From positions 184,836 to 248,835 of the IMG/VR virus record IMGVR_UViG_3300035703_000005: a stretch of DNA of 64,000 bases. The stretch is one strand, 5' to 3'. The notes under the pieces are model-generated. The model worked only from the letters and a program-made list of their open reading frames with translations, did no database searches and had not been told where the DNA came from. The first letter of the stretch is position 1. Each line of letters begins with the position of its first letter. The position numbers were made by a program, and so were the translations under genes. Shown piece by piece: positions 37,670 through 45,766 of this stretch.

Positions 37670-37944
37670 AGAAGATGATAAATTAGTGGTTCAAGTGCAT
37701 CAACAGGTTGACCTGTTCTCTTCAACATGTAGTAACCTTGTAACATTTTAAGGTCACTACCTTTCTTGGGTATTTTACCCTTTGGTGGTGGAAGTGGATC
37801 ACCAAACTTTCTGGGTTTCCCAGGCTTTCTCTTCCACCACTTTTTTTCTTCCTCTAATTCACGAGGAAGTGTAACTGACCAACTCCGAACTTTATGCGTG
37901 AAGTTCATAATTTCAGTTGATGATTGTGTCAGTTTCAGGATCAA
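37666..37944 (-). CDS. small basic early protein
   Basis: WWKRKPGKPRKFG..GYYMLK; start uncertain. Confidence 0.5.
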   Translation of the reverse strand: MILKLTQSSTEIMNFTHKVRSWSVTLPRELEEEKKWWKRKPGKPRKFGDPLPPPKGKIPKKGSDLKMLQGYYMLKRTGQPVDALEPLIYHLL

Positions 37945-38125
37945 ATGTTACCTCAGTGATAACATCAAACTCATCAGTCATTTTCACATAATTCCATTCA
38001 CCTTCATCCTCACCTTCTTGGTAACAATGAATGAAACCTTCTGCGTCTTGTTTGACAAAACAACCATCATAGTTGTCTTCATCAAACACATAACCAGATG
38101 CAATCAATGCGTCAACGAAAGTCAT
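37913..38125 (-). CDS. small acidic early protein
   Basis: 70 aa, first gene after the promoter at 38141. Confidence 0.65.
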   Translation of the reverse strand: MTFVDALIASGYVFDEDNYDGCFVKQDAEGFIHCYQEGEDEGEWNYVKMTDEFDVITEVTFDPETDTIIN

Positions 38126-38140
38126 GGGAGTTGTGTGTTT

Positions 38141-38213
38141 CTCTCAACATAGCTAAGATACATCGTATCAGCGCCCAGTGGGGGGATTAGTGTGCGGTTC
38201 GCGGATTGGCACA
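38141..38213 (-). promoter_or_regulatory. class A early promoter cassette
   Basis: CTCTCAACATAGCTAAGATAC ... GTGTGCGG-N8-TTGGCACA. Confidence 0.75.
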
Positions 38214-38850
38214 AGGGGGCTGGGTTTGGGGGCGATCATACCAACCCCCAGTGAGTCCCGATCCCGTCTCAGTGAGATCCCTGTTGTGGCAATGGGTTTG
38301 AGTTTGAGCAAACTTTGATTTTTCTGCAATTTTACCCCAGTAGGGGATTGGTTCATCCATTGCAATCAGATTCATCAAAAATGAATTGTTGTAACTAATT
38401 GACTCAATCTTTCTTCTGCATCTCTTCAATGTCCTTCAACATTTCATCCAGACGCTTAGCACTTCGGGCATTCATAATGATGTCTGCAACACAATAGCCA
38501 AACGAGAAAAAGGCAGCAAATGCAAGAATAGCTGAAAACATAATTAACCTCCTACGGATTGAATAGTAATAACATCTAAAGTTTCCTGAGTTAGATTAAC
38601 TTCCTCAGGTTCATTTGTCTCCTCTAGATAAGCACTGAGAAGATCATAAATCAAACTCATTTGCTCATTGGTGAACAGGTATTGTTGTTCAGGGTGAAGA
38701 ATAGAAACATTCATATCAGTGCATTTTGTCCGATGACATGTTGAACCTTTCTCACTGCCATACGAAAGTTTGTAAAGTCCATTGTTTCGTCTTCTTCACA
38801 GAAATCTTCAAAGATCTTTTTAATTTGTTCTTCTGTAATTTGTGGGTCAA

Positions 38851-39081
38851 TCATTTCAGAACATGCACAAAGTCAAGGGAAAATACACACCAACCAGTGA
38901 GATCTGTCACATGTTCAACTAGACATTGTGCGATGGATTCGTCATCATCGTCGTCATCAACTTCCACTTCATAAGTGTTGCCAACGACAGAATCAATGAC
39001 GGATTGTTGTTCTTCTAGAGTGAAATCTTCATCATCAAAATCAAATGAAGCTTCAGTGACGTGGAGTAAAAGAGTTTTCAT
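38851..39081 (-). CDS. small acidic early protein
   Basis: 76 aa, VTEASFDFDD..LVEHVTDLTGWCV. Confidence 0.65.
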   Translation of the reverse strand: MKTLLLHVTEASFDFDDEDFTLEEQQSVIDSVVGNTYEVEVDDDDDDESIAQCLVEHVTDLTGWCVFSLDFVHVLK

Positions 39082-39244
39082 CAGACTTCATCCCTCATTT
39101 CAGAAAGTTTTTCATAAAGATCACGACATTGACCAACATCAAGACCAGTGATGTTACACATTTCACCCCAGTTTTCATTGAACTGATGTTCAACGATTGC
39201 CAGAATGGCATCCAATTCTTCAAATGTGAGAGTAGTTTGTGTCA

Positions 39245-39409
39245 TCAGTAGTTAGAAACAGTGGTGAAGATGATACCAGTTTCGTTGTAGCGAAGGTCAA
39301 CATCACACTGGTATTCCTCGCTCAAATTGTATGCGAGGTCATAAGCTTTGTCCATGTCAGTGGTAGTGTTCTCCCAAGGAGCTCCGTAACACTTAACATC
39401 AATTCGCAT
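39245..39409 (-). CDS. small early protein
   Basis: MRIDVKCYGAPWENTTTDMDKAYDLAYNLSEEY. Confidence 0.65.
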   Translation of the reverse strand: MRIDVKCYGAPWENTTTDMDKAYDLAYNLSEEYQCDVDLRYNETGIIFTTVSNY

Positions 39410-39420
39410 GGGGTGGATTC

Positions 39421-39493
39421 CTCTCAACATGGCCAAGATACCCGATCTGAGCCCCCAGTGGCGGGTCTGGTGTCCAGCCCGCCAACTGGCACA
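39421..39493 (-). promoter_or_regulatory. class A early promoter cassette
   Basis: CTCTCAACATGGCCAAGATACC ... GTGGCG ... GTGTCCAG-N8-CTGGCACA. Confidence 0.8.
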
Positions 39494-39498
39494 CTAGA

Positions 39499-39714
39499 TC
39501 ATTTGCTGCTCCGAGAACCACCGAATAACATGCCAATGAGCAACACAATCACAACATTCTGCCAGAATGCCAGACTAACTCCAAACCAACCCAGAACAAC
39601 ACCAAGCAACCAAGCTTGGAATGAAATAATACCACCAACTAGAAGAATGATAAGAGCAACAAGAGCAAGCAACTGCACTGCAGTCAGATCAAACTTTGTG
39701 TACCTTTTAGCCAT
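39499..39714 (-). CDS. small membrane protein (paralog of 50077-50265)
   Basis: AWLLGVVLGWFGVSLAFWQN, hydrophobic. Confidence 0.65.
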   Translation of the reverse strand: MAKRYTKFDLTAVQLLALVALIILLVGGIISFQAWLLGVVLGWFGVSLAFWQNVVIVLLIGMLFGGSRSSK

Positions 39715-39763
39715 GATAAAATGCCTCGTGAGAAAAAAGAATAGTAAGAGTATAGGTTATTAT

Positions 39764-39997
39764 TTAGCCTCCGAACAATTCATCAAACAGATTATCCATT
39801 TCCATCATTTCGTTCTGACGATCAATCTGATTACGCATCTCAACATAATACTGTTGTTCCATCTTGAGCTTCAGCAACTGATCACCAATCTCGTGCAGTT
39901 TGTTGTTAATTTCAATCCGATCCATTCCGTTCACCGTAGTAACGGTGATTGGCATACCTTGTGACATCGTGGTGCGTTCGGAGATTGTGTGAGTCAT
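39764..39997 (-). CDS. small coiled-coil early protein
   Basis: MTHTISERTTMSQGMP..DRIEINNKLHEIGDQLLKLK. Confidence 0.6.
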   Translation of the reverse strand: MTHTISERTTMSQGMPITVTTVNGMDRIEINNKLHEIGDQLLKLKMEQQYYVEMRNQIDRQNEMMEMDNLFDELFGG

Positions 39998-40004
39998 GGG
40001 GAAA

Positions 40005-40077
40005 CCTCTCAACATGGCTAGAATACATTGCCTGGCGTCCTCTGGCGAGTCACTAGGCCGGTTCCGGAACTGTCACA
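40005..40077 (-). promoter_or_regulatory. class A early promoter cassette
   Basis: CCTCTCAACATGGCTAGAATAC ... CTGGCG ... CCGGTTCCGGAACTGTCACA. Confidence 0.75.
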
Positions 40078-40330
40078 CTGTCTCCAATTCGGCGGCGATG
40101 GCGATGAGCTTGTGGCGGATGTTTTGCTTTGCGTTCCAACTCGGCCACGGATCGTTAACAGAGGCAAACGGCAACTCAGGTGGCTCTGGTTCAACCGGCA
40201 CTACCTGATCAGCAACAGCACGGATAGCAGCGCCAGCAAATCCTCGCGCCACTAGACGAAAAGGAGAGTCTGTATCAGGGCAACCACAGGCGGCAAGTAT
40301 TGCCTGAGCGGCAGGAGAAAGATCAGTCAT
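40073..40330 (-). CDS. small early protein
   Basis: 85 aa, MTDLSPAAQAIL..AAIRAVADQVVP..LIAIAAELE. Confidence 0.65.
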   Translation of the reverse strand: MTDLSPAAQAILAACGCPDTDSPFRLVARGFAGAAIRAVADQVVPVEPEPPELPFASVNDPWPSWNAKQNIRHKLIAIAAELETV

Positions 40331-40333
40331 CGG

Positions 40334-40543
40334 TCAGGGTGTCACAGTCTCTTTAAGTTGCTCTGCAGGATAGTTAAAAAGTTTATTAATCCTTTCAACT
40401 TCACTCTCAAAAAACTCCATTGCTTCCAAAGGTTCAATGTCATAAGTGTCAGCAAGTTCATCAAGTTTCCACCGCAGATCATCCATCTCCCAAAGTTGAG
40501 TGAGAATGAATAAACGAACTTCGTGCTTTTGTGTGTTTTTCAT
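40334..40543 (-). CDS. small early protein
   Basis: 69 aa, overlapping start/stop. Confidence 0.55.
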   Translation of the reverse strand: MKNTQKHEVRLFILTQLWEMDDLRWKLDELADTYDIEPLEAMEFFESEVERINKLFNYPAEQLKETVTP

Positions 40544-40755
40544 TTCAAATGGGGTGCAATTTGCGTTTGAAGTTTCAGTTGTTGAAGCAAAATACGGGCA
40601 AACTCTACTTCACCATAATCGGCACCATCGTCAAAGGCATCATCATAAGATCCATTGTCACTTGGAGAGTAATAATCACCATCCTCACAATGCTTACGAT
40701 CTGCAGTTTCTTGGAGTTTGGAGAGAAGGAATTGCAGTTTTTCGGTGTCAGTCAT
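40540..40755 (-). CDS. small early protein (paralog of 56207-56434)
   Basis: GSYDDAFDDGADYGEVEFAR. Confidence 0.65.
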   Translation of the reverse strand: MTDTEKLQFLLSKLQETADRKHCEDGDYYSPSDNGSYDDAFDDGADYGEVEFARILLQQLKLQTQIAPHLK

Positions 40756-40774
40756 CGGCGGTGTCCTTTGTTGT

Positions 40775-40841
40775 TGAAACTACTATAAGGGGTCACGGTC
40801 GGGTCTGTGGAGGATTTTGTACCAGTTCCGGAACTGTCACA
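40775..40841 (-). promoter_or_regulatory. early promoter cassette
   Basis: -10 TATAGT 40787-40782; box GTACCAGTTCCGGAACTGTCACA 40819-40841. Confidence 0.7.
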
Positions 40842-40844
40842 GTA

Positions 40845-41744
40845 TCACTTGACCCATTCTTTTTTCATGGTGAAGTTTGCATAACTGAACTGAAGACGAT
40901 TTACAAGTTTGAAAGTACCAAACCTGTTGGTCATTACATAACCTTCATGATCGCACTTTTCATCACCAAGATAACAAGATACTTCCTCAACGGAAGTGAT
41001 ACCTTCCATCAGAAGCTCTTTGATCTCAATGATGAGTTTGTAGAGAATCATCAGGTTGTTATCCATACCCGATTCTGCAATGTCGCGTTGTTCGCGGATG
41101 CACTTGTTCACAGCTACTTTGAGTTCTTGTCCTTCTTTTTGCGAAGGGAACTTAACAAAATTGATAGCCACACTTGCAAGACCAAGAAGCAAATCAATTC
41201 TACGACGACGGGAGGTAAAGTGTGCATCAGTTTTCAGGAACTTAACATTAGGAGATTGCAGTTCCTCATCAACACCGAACGATGCAACTGCGTCTTTCAG
41301 ATGAGTAGAACTGGTGTAGGAAGTGTGTGCAGCAATGATCACATTCTCATTCACAATGCGATCAAAGATGTATTCAATGGTGTTGGGCTTGTAGAAGTCG
41401 TTACCACCGAAACCGATGAAATCACCCTGCACAATACCTTTGATGCGAGGGAGATTGTCGAAACAAACATGCAGAATCGACGCAACATTTCCGTCATGAT
41501 TGACAGAAATGTCATAGTGAGAATAATTGATCTTGATTTTCTTCTTGTTGAATACACTTTTCGTACCAACAAAAAACCTACCCGTAAAAGGACAAGTGCC
41601 CCACACAACAGCTGGAGCCCCATCATACTTGACGGAGAGTTCGCTGTTGCGTTCCCGCAGGAATCGCAGGACATTCTTTGCACCATCCCGACCATCGTTC
41701 AGGATCGCGTCCTCTGGGTGTTCTAGGTGAAGATTCTTTTTCAT
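40845..41744 (-). CDS. ATP-dependent ligase/nucleotidyltransferase-like protein (leaderless)
   Basis: HLEHPED N-terminus, SVKYDGAP (KxDG motif I), VQGDF, HEGYV, FKLV; start at the ATG 7 nt after TATGAT. Confidence 0.6.
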   Translation of the reverse strand: MKKNLHLEHPEDAILNDGRDGAKNVLRFLRERNSELSVKYDGAPAVVWGTCPFTGRFFVGTKSVFNKKKIKINYSHYDISVNHDGNVASILHVCFDNLPRIKGIVQGDFIGFGGNDFYKPNTIEYIFDRIVNENVIIAAHTSYTSSTHLKDAVASFGVDEELQSPNVKFLKTDAHFTSRRRRIDLLLGLASVAINFVKFPSQKEGQELKVAVNKCIREQRDIAESGMDNNLMILYKLIIEIKELLMEGITSVEEVSCYLGDEKCDHEGYVMTNRFGTFKLVNRLQFSYANFTMKKEWVK

Positions 41745-41809
41745 GAGGCCATCATACATGAAAAAAGGGCCCTGTAAAGGGCCCCCGAACCAGTTCGCAA
41801 ACTGTCACA
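41745..41809 (-). promoter_or_regulatory. early promoter cassette with stem-loop
   Basis: -10 TATGAT 41756-41751; GGGCCC-N6-GGGCCC hairpin; box ACCAGTTCGCAAACTGTCACA. Confidence 0.7.
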
Positions 41810-41919
41810 CGAACTCAGCGATGTAGTAACCAATCGTTACATTGTATTGTTGTGCCTTTTGTTCCCATTCTTGCCATTCTTCATCATCAGCAAGACACTC
41901 AAGCAAAAGCAGTTGATCT

Positions 41920-42102
41920 TCAGTCATTCTCAGTCACATTTGTGTTAGGTTTATCAAGATAATCAATAACTTTTTTCAATTCATCAACCTTAGTTCCGGA
42001 TGGATTGTCAATGATTTCGCTCATAAGAACTTTCATTGCTTCCATCTTTTGTTGATGTAAACGTTGTAATTGTTCTGGATCGTGAAAGTTTGGGTCAATC
42101 AT
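41920..42102 (-). CDS. small early protein
   Basis: 60-aa ORF. Confidence 0.5.
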   Translation of the reverse strand: MIDPNFHDPEQLQRLHQQKMEAMKVLMSEIIDNPSGTKVDELKKVIDYLDKPNTNVTEND

Positions 42103-42294
42103 TGTAACGATAAACTCTAAATTATGTATCAGGTCTAAATCCTGGTTCTAATCCATTTACCATCGAATAAGGATAAAGTTTTCTTAGGATTGTATCACAT
42201 TTCCAGTATTCTTTACTGTCAATGACGGTTTTATTGATTTGATAATGTTTTACAGCTTGATAGAGTGTTGTACACTCATCCCCATTAAAGTCCA

Positions 42295-42528
42295 TCAAGT
42301 TGTAAAACTATCAACAACACGAGAAGGCTCTTCATCTACAAGAGCAAACTTATGTGCATTTACTACACGTTCCATGATGCGAGAATCATGAGCATTTTCA
42401 TACTCATCACGCCATTCTAGAAGAACATCGTGGCACTCATTATCATTCTCTGCGATGACACTTACGACGCCACCATACTCAGAGGAAGGAAACGGAACCC
42501 AATAATCAACAAGATAAAGATACTTCAT
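42295..42528 (-). CDS. conserved cyanophage small protein
   Basis: 77 aa, YLYLVDYWVPFPSSEYGGVVSVIAEND. Confidence 0.7.
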   Translation of the reverse strand: MKYLYLVDYWVPFPSSEYGGVVSVIAENDNECHDVLLEWRDEYENAHDSRIMERVVNAHKFALVDEEPSRVVDSFTT

Positions 42529-42583
42529 TTTCAGTGTTAAACTACTCCTTTAGTGTAAATGTTTTGTTTGGATTTGTCAAGAG

Positions 42584-42979
42584 TCAGAGACAATACTTTT
42601 TGAGGACGCGAAGAACCTCTCTAGGATTGTCTTGAATCGCAAAGGCTTCTTTCTCAATGTCTTTTCTGAATCCAAGAGGTCTGATATGACCATCACCAGA
42701 TTTGCAAATCTGTGCTACATGAACTGACTCGTGTGCAAAAGTTCGGTTAATTTCACTTTGCCAGTCTTCATAGATGTTTTTGGTGGTATCAGTACACATA
42801 GCTAAGATTGTTTTTCCCAGATCATTTTTTCGATCTTTGATTGTGATAGTCCAACCATCCCACTGATTTTTACTTCCACAAATTTTGTGATGTTCAATAA
42901 CAGCTACATTTGCTTGATTAAGAACCTCCAGGATCTCTTGATGTGTTGGCGTAAGATATTGGACAAACTCCATCACCAA
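42584..42979 (-). CDS. HExxH zincin-like protein
   Basis: 131 aa; TFAHESVHVAQ with downstream EKEA. Confidence 0.6.
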   Translation of the reverse strand: MVMEFVQYLTPTHQEILEVLNQANVAVIEHHKICGSKNQWDGWTITIKDRKNDLGKTILAMCTDTTKNIYEDWQSEINRTFAHESVHVAQICKSGDGHIRPLGFRKDIEKEAFAIQDNPREVLRVLKKYCL

Positions 42980-43371
42980 CCCCTGTCACTTAAGAAGCAA
43001 GCCAATTTCCAACCGAACCAACCAATAGCTCCACCAACCAACATTGCACCAATTCCAGAAGGAAGAGTGAACAATCCAAAGAGAATTGCAATAGCAGCAA
43101 TAAAGAAAGCCCCAGCACCAATCATGGTGCTGAAACTATCACCATCTCCACCACTACTAGAATCATTGTTCGATGAACCAGAACTATACGATTCTTGAGG
43201 TTCAGAGTATTCTTTTTTCTCAAAAACAGGGCTAACACAGAACGCATTGAAGCCTTCAATGTGTGCATACATTGATTCAACTTGTTCTTTGGCTTGCATA
43301 GGGCCAAGAGCATCAACTGTAGTTGATCGAATACCTTGACGAGGAGAAGTCCAGTCTACTTTGTATTTCAT
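42973..43371 (-). CDS. membrane-anchored early protein
   Basis: 132 aa; soluble N-terminus, Ser/Gly linker, C-terminal hydrophobic hairpin. Confidence 0.65.
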   Translation of the reverse strand: MKYKVDWTSPRQGIRSTTVDALGPMQAKEQVESMYAHIEGFNAFCVSPVFEKKEYSEPQESYSSGSSNNDSSSGGDGDSFSTMIGAGAFFIAAIAILFGLFTLPSGIGAMLVGGAIGWFGWKLACFLSDRGW

Positions 43372-43553
43372 GGGTTGAAGTAAATACGGTGATGTGAAAT
43401 AAACAGATAATCTTCAGGATCTTTTTCATCTACCACGATTTCGTGATAGATTGACATTGCATCTTTTTCCCGACCATCAGATGCAAGATCAGAACACCTT
43501 GATTCATGATAATTCTCAAGGTTTCTAATAAGTTGTTTGTATTTTTTACTCAT
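43368..43553 (-). CDS. small early protein
   Basis: 61 aa, overlapping start/stop. Confidence 0.55.
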   Translation of the reverse strand: MSKKYKQLIRNLENYHESRCSDLASDGREKDAMSIYHEIVVDEKDPEDYLFISHHRIYFNP

Positions 43554-43834
43554 CCAAATGCAGCCTCAAGTGGGTTAATTTTAAGTGGCATAGCCGTATA
43601 GGGAGTTGTATTATTCAATTCTACTACACTTCCCACTGTCTTACTATTGATTGGGGCATAAAATTGCCTTGTCTTTGTATTGTAAAAGCCCCAGATGGTT
43701 TTAACTGGTTTCCCAAGGTTGTAATCATACTGTTTGTGATGACGCAACCAGATAGCAGTAACATTACGCTTAAAATCCTTTTCTTGTTCGTAAGAATAAC
43801 CATCGGGAGCTTTGTGGAATAGTTCAACCGTCAC
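43550..43834 (-). CDS. conserved cyanophage early protein
   Basis: 94 aa, HKAPDGYSYE..FKRNVTAIWL..TIWGFYN..PINSKTVG. Confidence 0.7.
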   Translation of the reverse strand: MTVELFHKAPDGYSYEQEKDFKRNVTAIWLRHHKQYDYNLGKPVKTIWGFYNTKTRQFYAPINSKTVGSVVELNNTTPYTAMPLKINPLEAAFG

Positions 43835-44043
43835 TTCTCAATCTTCCAGTGTTCGTTACCTTTTTTCGGAACCCAAAAACAGTACATTCCATTCATAGAA
43901 ACCAGAAAAAGATGATCAACACCATCAATCACTTTTTCTTGTTCTACAGTACACATGTGGAACTGATCCATAATGTTATGGAATCGGTTCTTAGCTTTAC
44001 TGGACAGAGGAACAACGGAAACCCGTTTTGTTTTAGTAGTCAT
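43831..44043 (-). CDS. small early protein
   Basis: VVPLSSKAKNRFHNIMDQFHMCTVEQ..YCFWVP; start approximate. Confidence 0.65.
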   Translation of the reverse strand: MTTKTKRVSVVPLSSKAKNRFHNIMDQFHMCTVEQEKVIDGVDHLFLVSMNGMYCFWVPKKGNEHWKIEK

Positions 44044-44052
44044 AGTCTTTAC

Positions 44053-44121
44053 CAACATGGCTAACTTAATGCGTCAAGCAGTGGATTTGTGGATTTGGTG
44101 GACGGTTTGGGCTTTGTCACA
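44053..44121 (-). promoter_or_regulatory. class A early promoter cassette (variant)
   Basis: AACATGGCTAACTTA ... GTGGACGG-N8-TTGTCACA. Confidence 0.7.
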
Positions 44122-44450
44122 CCCTTGGATTTTGGTTTTGCGGGGGAACCCTTGGTGGCCTTGGGTTTTGATCCCTGAGAACCCTTGCGGCCACTAGACG
44201 GTTTCGCCTTTTTTTGCGATTTTTGGCTCACAGGGGTCTTACTACCCGTCTTGCGAACCCGATGCGAGTTTTTTAATTGTTCAAGCCGAATCTCTGCAAG
44301 CTGCCGAGTATCAACTACTTCAAGCTGTTGACCATCTGCAATAATCATGTATTGATTACCAAAGGGTACAGCAGCAAACTGAAAGTCTGGTGTGGTGAAT
44401 CCAGTGGGGCCATTGTCTGGATCCAAAATACTTGTGTTTGGAAAGTTCAT
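44061..44450 (-). CDS. early protein with Lys/Pro/Ser-rich tail
   Basis: 129 aa; GFTTPDFQFAAVPFGNQYMII then a low-complexity basic tail that runs through the next promoter. Confidence 0.6.
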   Translation of the reverse strand: MNFPNTSILDPDNGPTGFTTPDFQFAAVPFGNQYMIIADGQQLEVVDTRQLAEIRLEQLKNSHRVRKTGSKTPVSQKSQKKAKPSSGRKGSQGSKPKATKGSPAKPKSKGVTKPKPSTKSTNPLLDALS

Positions 44451-45553
44451 CGTTTGACAACAGAGATTGCAGGTTGGCCTTGTTGGAAGATTGTATCCAC
44501 CACAGCTTGGATCTTCTGGTGAGTAGAGATCCCAACTTTATTGAAGACGGGAACAACAACCAGACCAAAAGATTTGGTGTAGTTGTCAACATCACCAGGA
44601 ACCAGTTCACCACTACGGATGCGAGCTGCATCATCATGGTGCATCCGAATCACACGGCCAATGGTCTGGGAGATACCAATGTAGTCCATAGATCGCATGA
44701 AGATGACACCTTCCAAACCACTCACATTGATGCCCTCAGAGAGGATAGAATGGTGTAGCACAACAAACTTCTTAGAGTCATCCTTGCCCCATGCACTTAG
44801 GGTCTCAAAGAATACCTCACGATTCACCTTCTGACCGTTGATAATTGCACCAGTCTTTGCGGTGATGTAGAGATACGAGAACCCACGATCTTGCAACTGT
44901 TGAATGAAATCAGTCTCAGACATCAGTGCAGAGATCTGTTTGGTAGCTTTCGCACAGATTAACACTTTGTCCTTACCACATTCATCCAGAGTCTCAATCA
45001 GATTCTCACAATCTCGGTGTGCAGGAATCTTACCAGACTTCACCATCGGAAGTTGTTTCGCAAGAACTTTCGGAGGAAGGATGTAACCGCCTTGCACAAG
45101 TTCAGGTGCAGGAACATTACAAATGACCTGACCATAAACCTCAGGATCATTCATCCCAGGCTTACCGACTGCGAGAGAATGTTTGGGAGTCGCAGTGAAG
45201 AAGTAACAACGGTCAGCTTCGTGACTGAAGTATTCAGTTGCAGGGAAGAAGTTGCGTTTGACTGAGTTGTGAGCTTCGTCAAAGTAGATGGTATCAACTT
45301 TGATGCGAGATTGCTGCAGTCGTTCCAGAGAATTGTAAGTGGTGAAGATCAGTTTGTGACCGCGAGTGTTCACCCACCAGTCCACAATCTCTTGAGGTTT
45401 GGTAGTAGAATAGTGATGAGTTTCACCCGAGTGAACATGCAGAACACTTGCGTTGGTGATAAACTCTAGAAACTCAGAACACAACTGGTTGGCCAGAAGG
45501 ATGCGCGGAGCACAAACTACAATAGTCTTTTCAGTTTGCATTTGCGTTTGCAT
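44447..45553 (-). CDS. SF2 (DEAH) helicase, main portion lacking Walker A
   Basis: Motifs Ia APRILLANQ, II DEAH, III TAT, V LSEGIN, VI QTIGRVIR; Walker A lies in the upstream overlapping frame. Confidence 0.85.
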   Translation of the reverse strand: MQTQMQTEKTIVVCAPRILLANQLCSEFLEFITNASVLHVHSGETHHYSTTKPQEIVDWWVNTRGHKLIFTTYNSLERLQQSRIKVDTIYFDEAHNSVKRNFFPATEYFSHEADRCYFFTATPKHSLAVGKPGMNDPEVYGQVICNVPAPELVQGGYILPPKVLAKQLPMVKSGKIPAHRDCENLIETLDECGKDKVLICAKATKQISALMSETDFIQQLQDRGFSYLYITAKTGAIINGQKVNREVFFETLSAWGKDDSKKFVVLHHSILSEGINVSGLEGVIFMRSMDYIGISQTIGRVIRMHHDDAARIRSGELVPGDVDNYTKSFGLVVVPVFNKVGISTHQKIQAVVDTIFQQGQPAISVVKR

Positions 45554-45692
45554 CGTTTTGTTGGAATTGAATCATTGCATCTTTGATCATTTTCATCGTT
45601 TTCCCGCCACCAGTCGGGACGATTATCTGACCTTTGTTATGCAGTTGCATTAGATCAACTGCGCGTTGTTGGTGTGGTCGGAGATTCATCAT
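45531..45692 (-). CDS. N-terminal 53-aa fragment of the SF2 helicase (Q motif and Walker A), frameshifted
   Basis: Hand-translated MMNLRPHQQRAVDLMQLHNKGQIIVPTGGGKTMKMIKDAMIQFQQNDANANAN*. Confidence 0.8.
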   Translation of the reverse strand: MMNLRPHQQRAVDLMQLHNKGQIIVPTGGGKTMKMIKDAMIQFQQNDANANAN

Positions 45693-45696
45693 TGCG

Positions 45697-45766
45697 TTTC
45701 AACATAGCTAGAATACCCCTTACCCGTGGCCAGGGCAAGGGGCTGAACGATCAGAGATCCTTATGA
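45697..45766 (-). promoter_or_regulatory. sigma70 promoter with GATC-rich upstream element
   Basis: TTGCCC-17-TATTCT; upstream + strand CTGAACGATCAGAGATCCTTATGA. Confidence 0.7.

Noticed and set aside
38168-38429. ORFs running through the 38141-38213 promoter and the GC-rich stretch upstream
   Set aside because: The frame choice is ambiguous and the C-termini merely translate the promoter repeat, so it is not listed as a confident CDS.
39239-41726. Long + strand ORFs (241 aa at 39239, 408 aa at 40500) and other + ORFs across the window
   Set aside because: They are antisense shadows of well-formed minus-strand genes, with no promoter, RBS or recognisable motifs.
29574-44058. In-frame ATG inside the repeat (MLRG.../MLRQ... 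N-termini in the ORF track; in frame in 7 of 10 copies)
   Set aside because: The leaderless copies place +1 seven nt after the -10, which is the G of this ATG, so the codon is not fully transcribed; the downstream ATGs have proper SD spacing.
29581-45717. CTCTCAACATGGCTAAGATAC repeats read as a CRISPR array
   Set aside because: Copies are 0.6-4 kb apart with protein genes between them, each contains a -10 and SD in fixed geometry, and no cas genes are present; these are promoter repeats.
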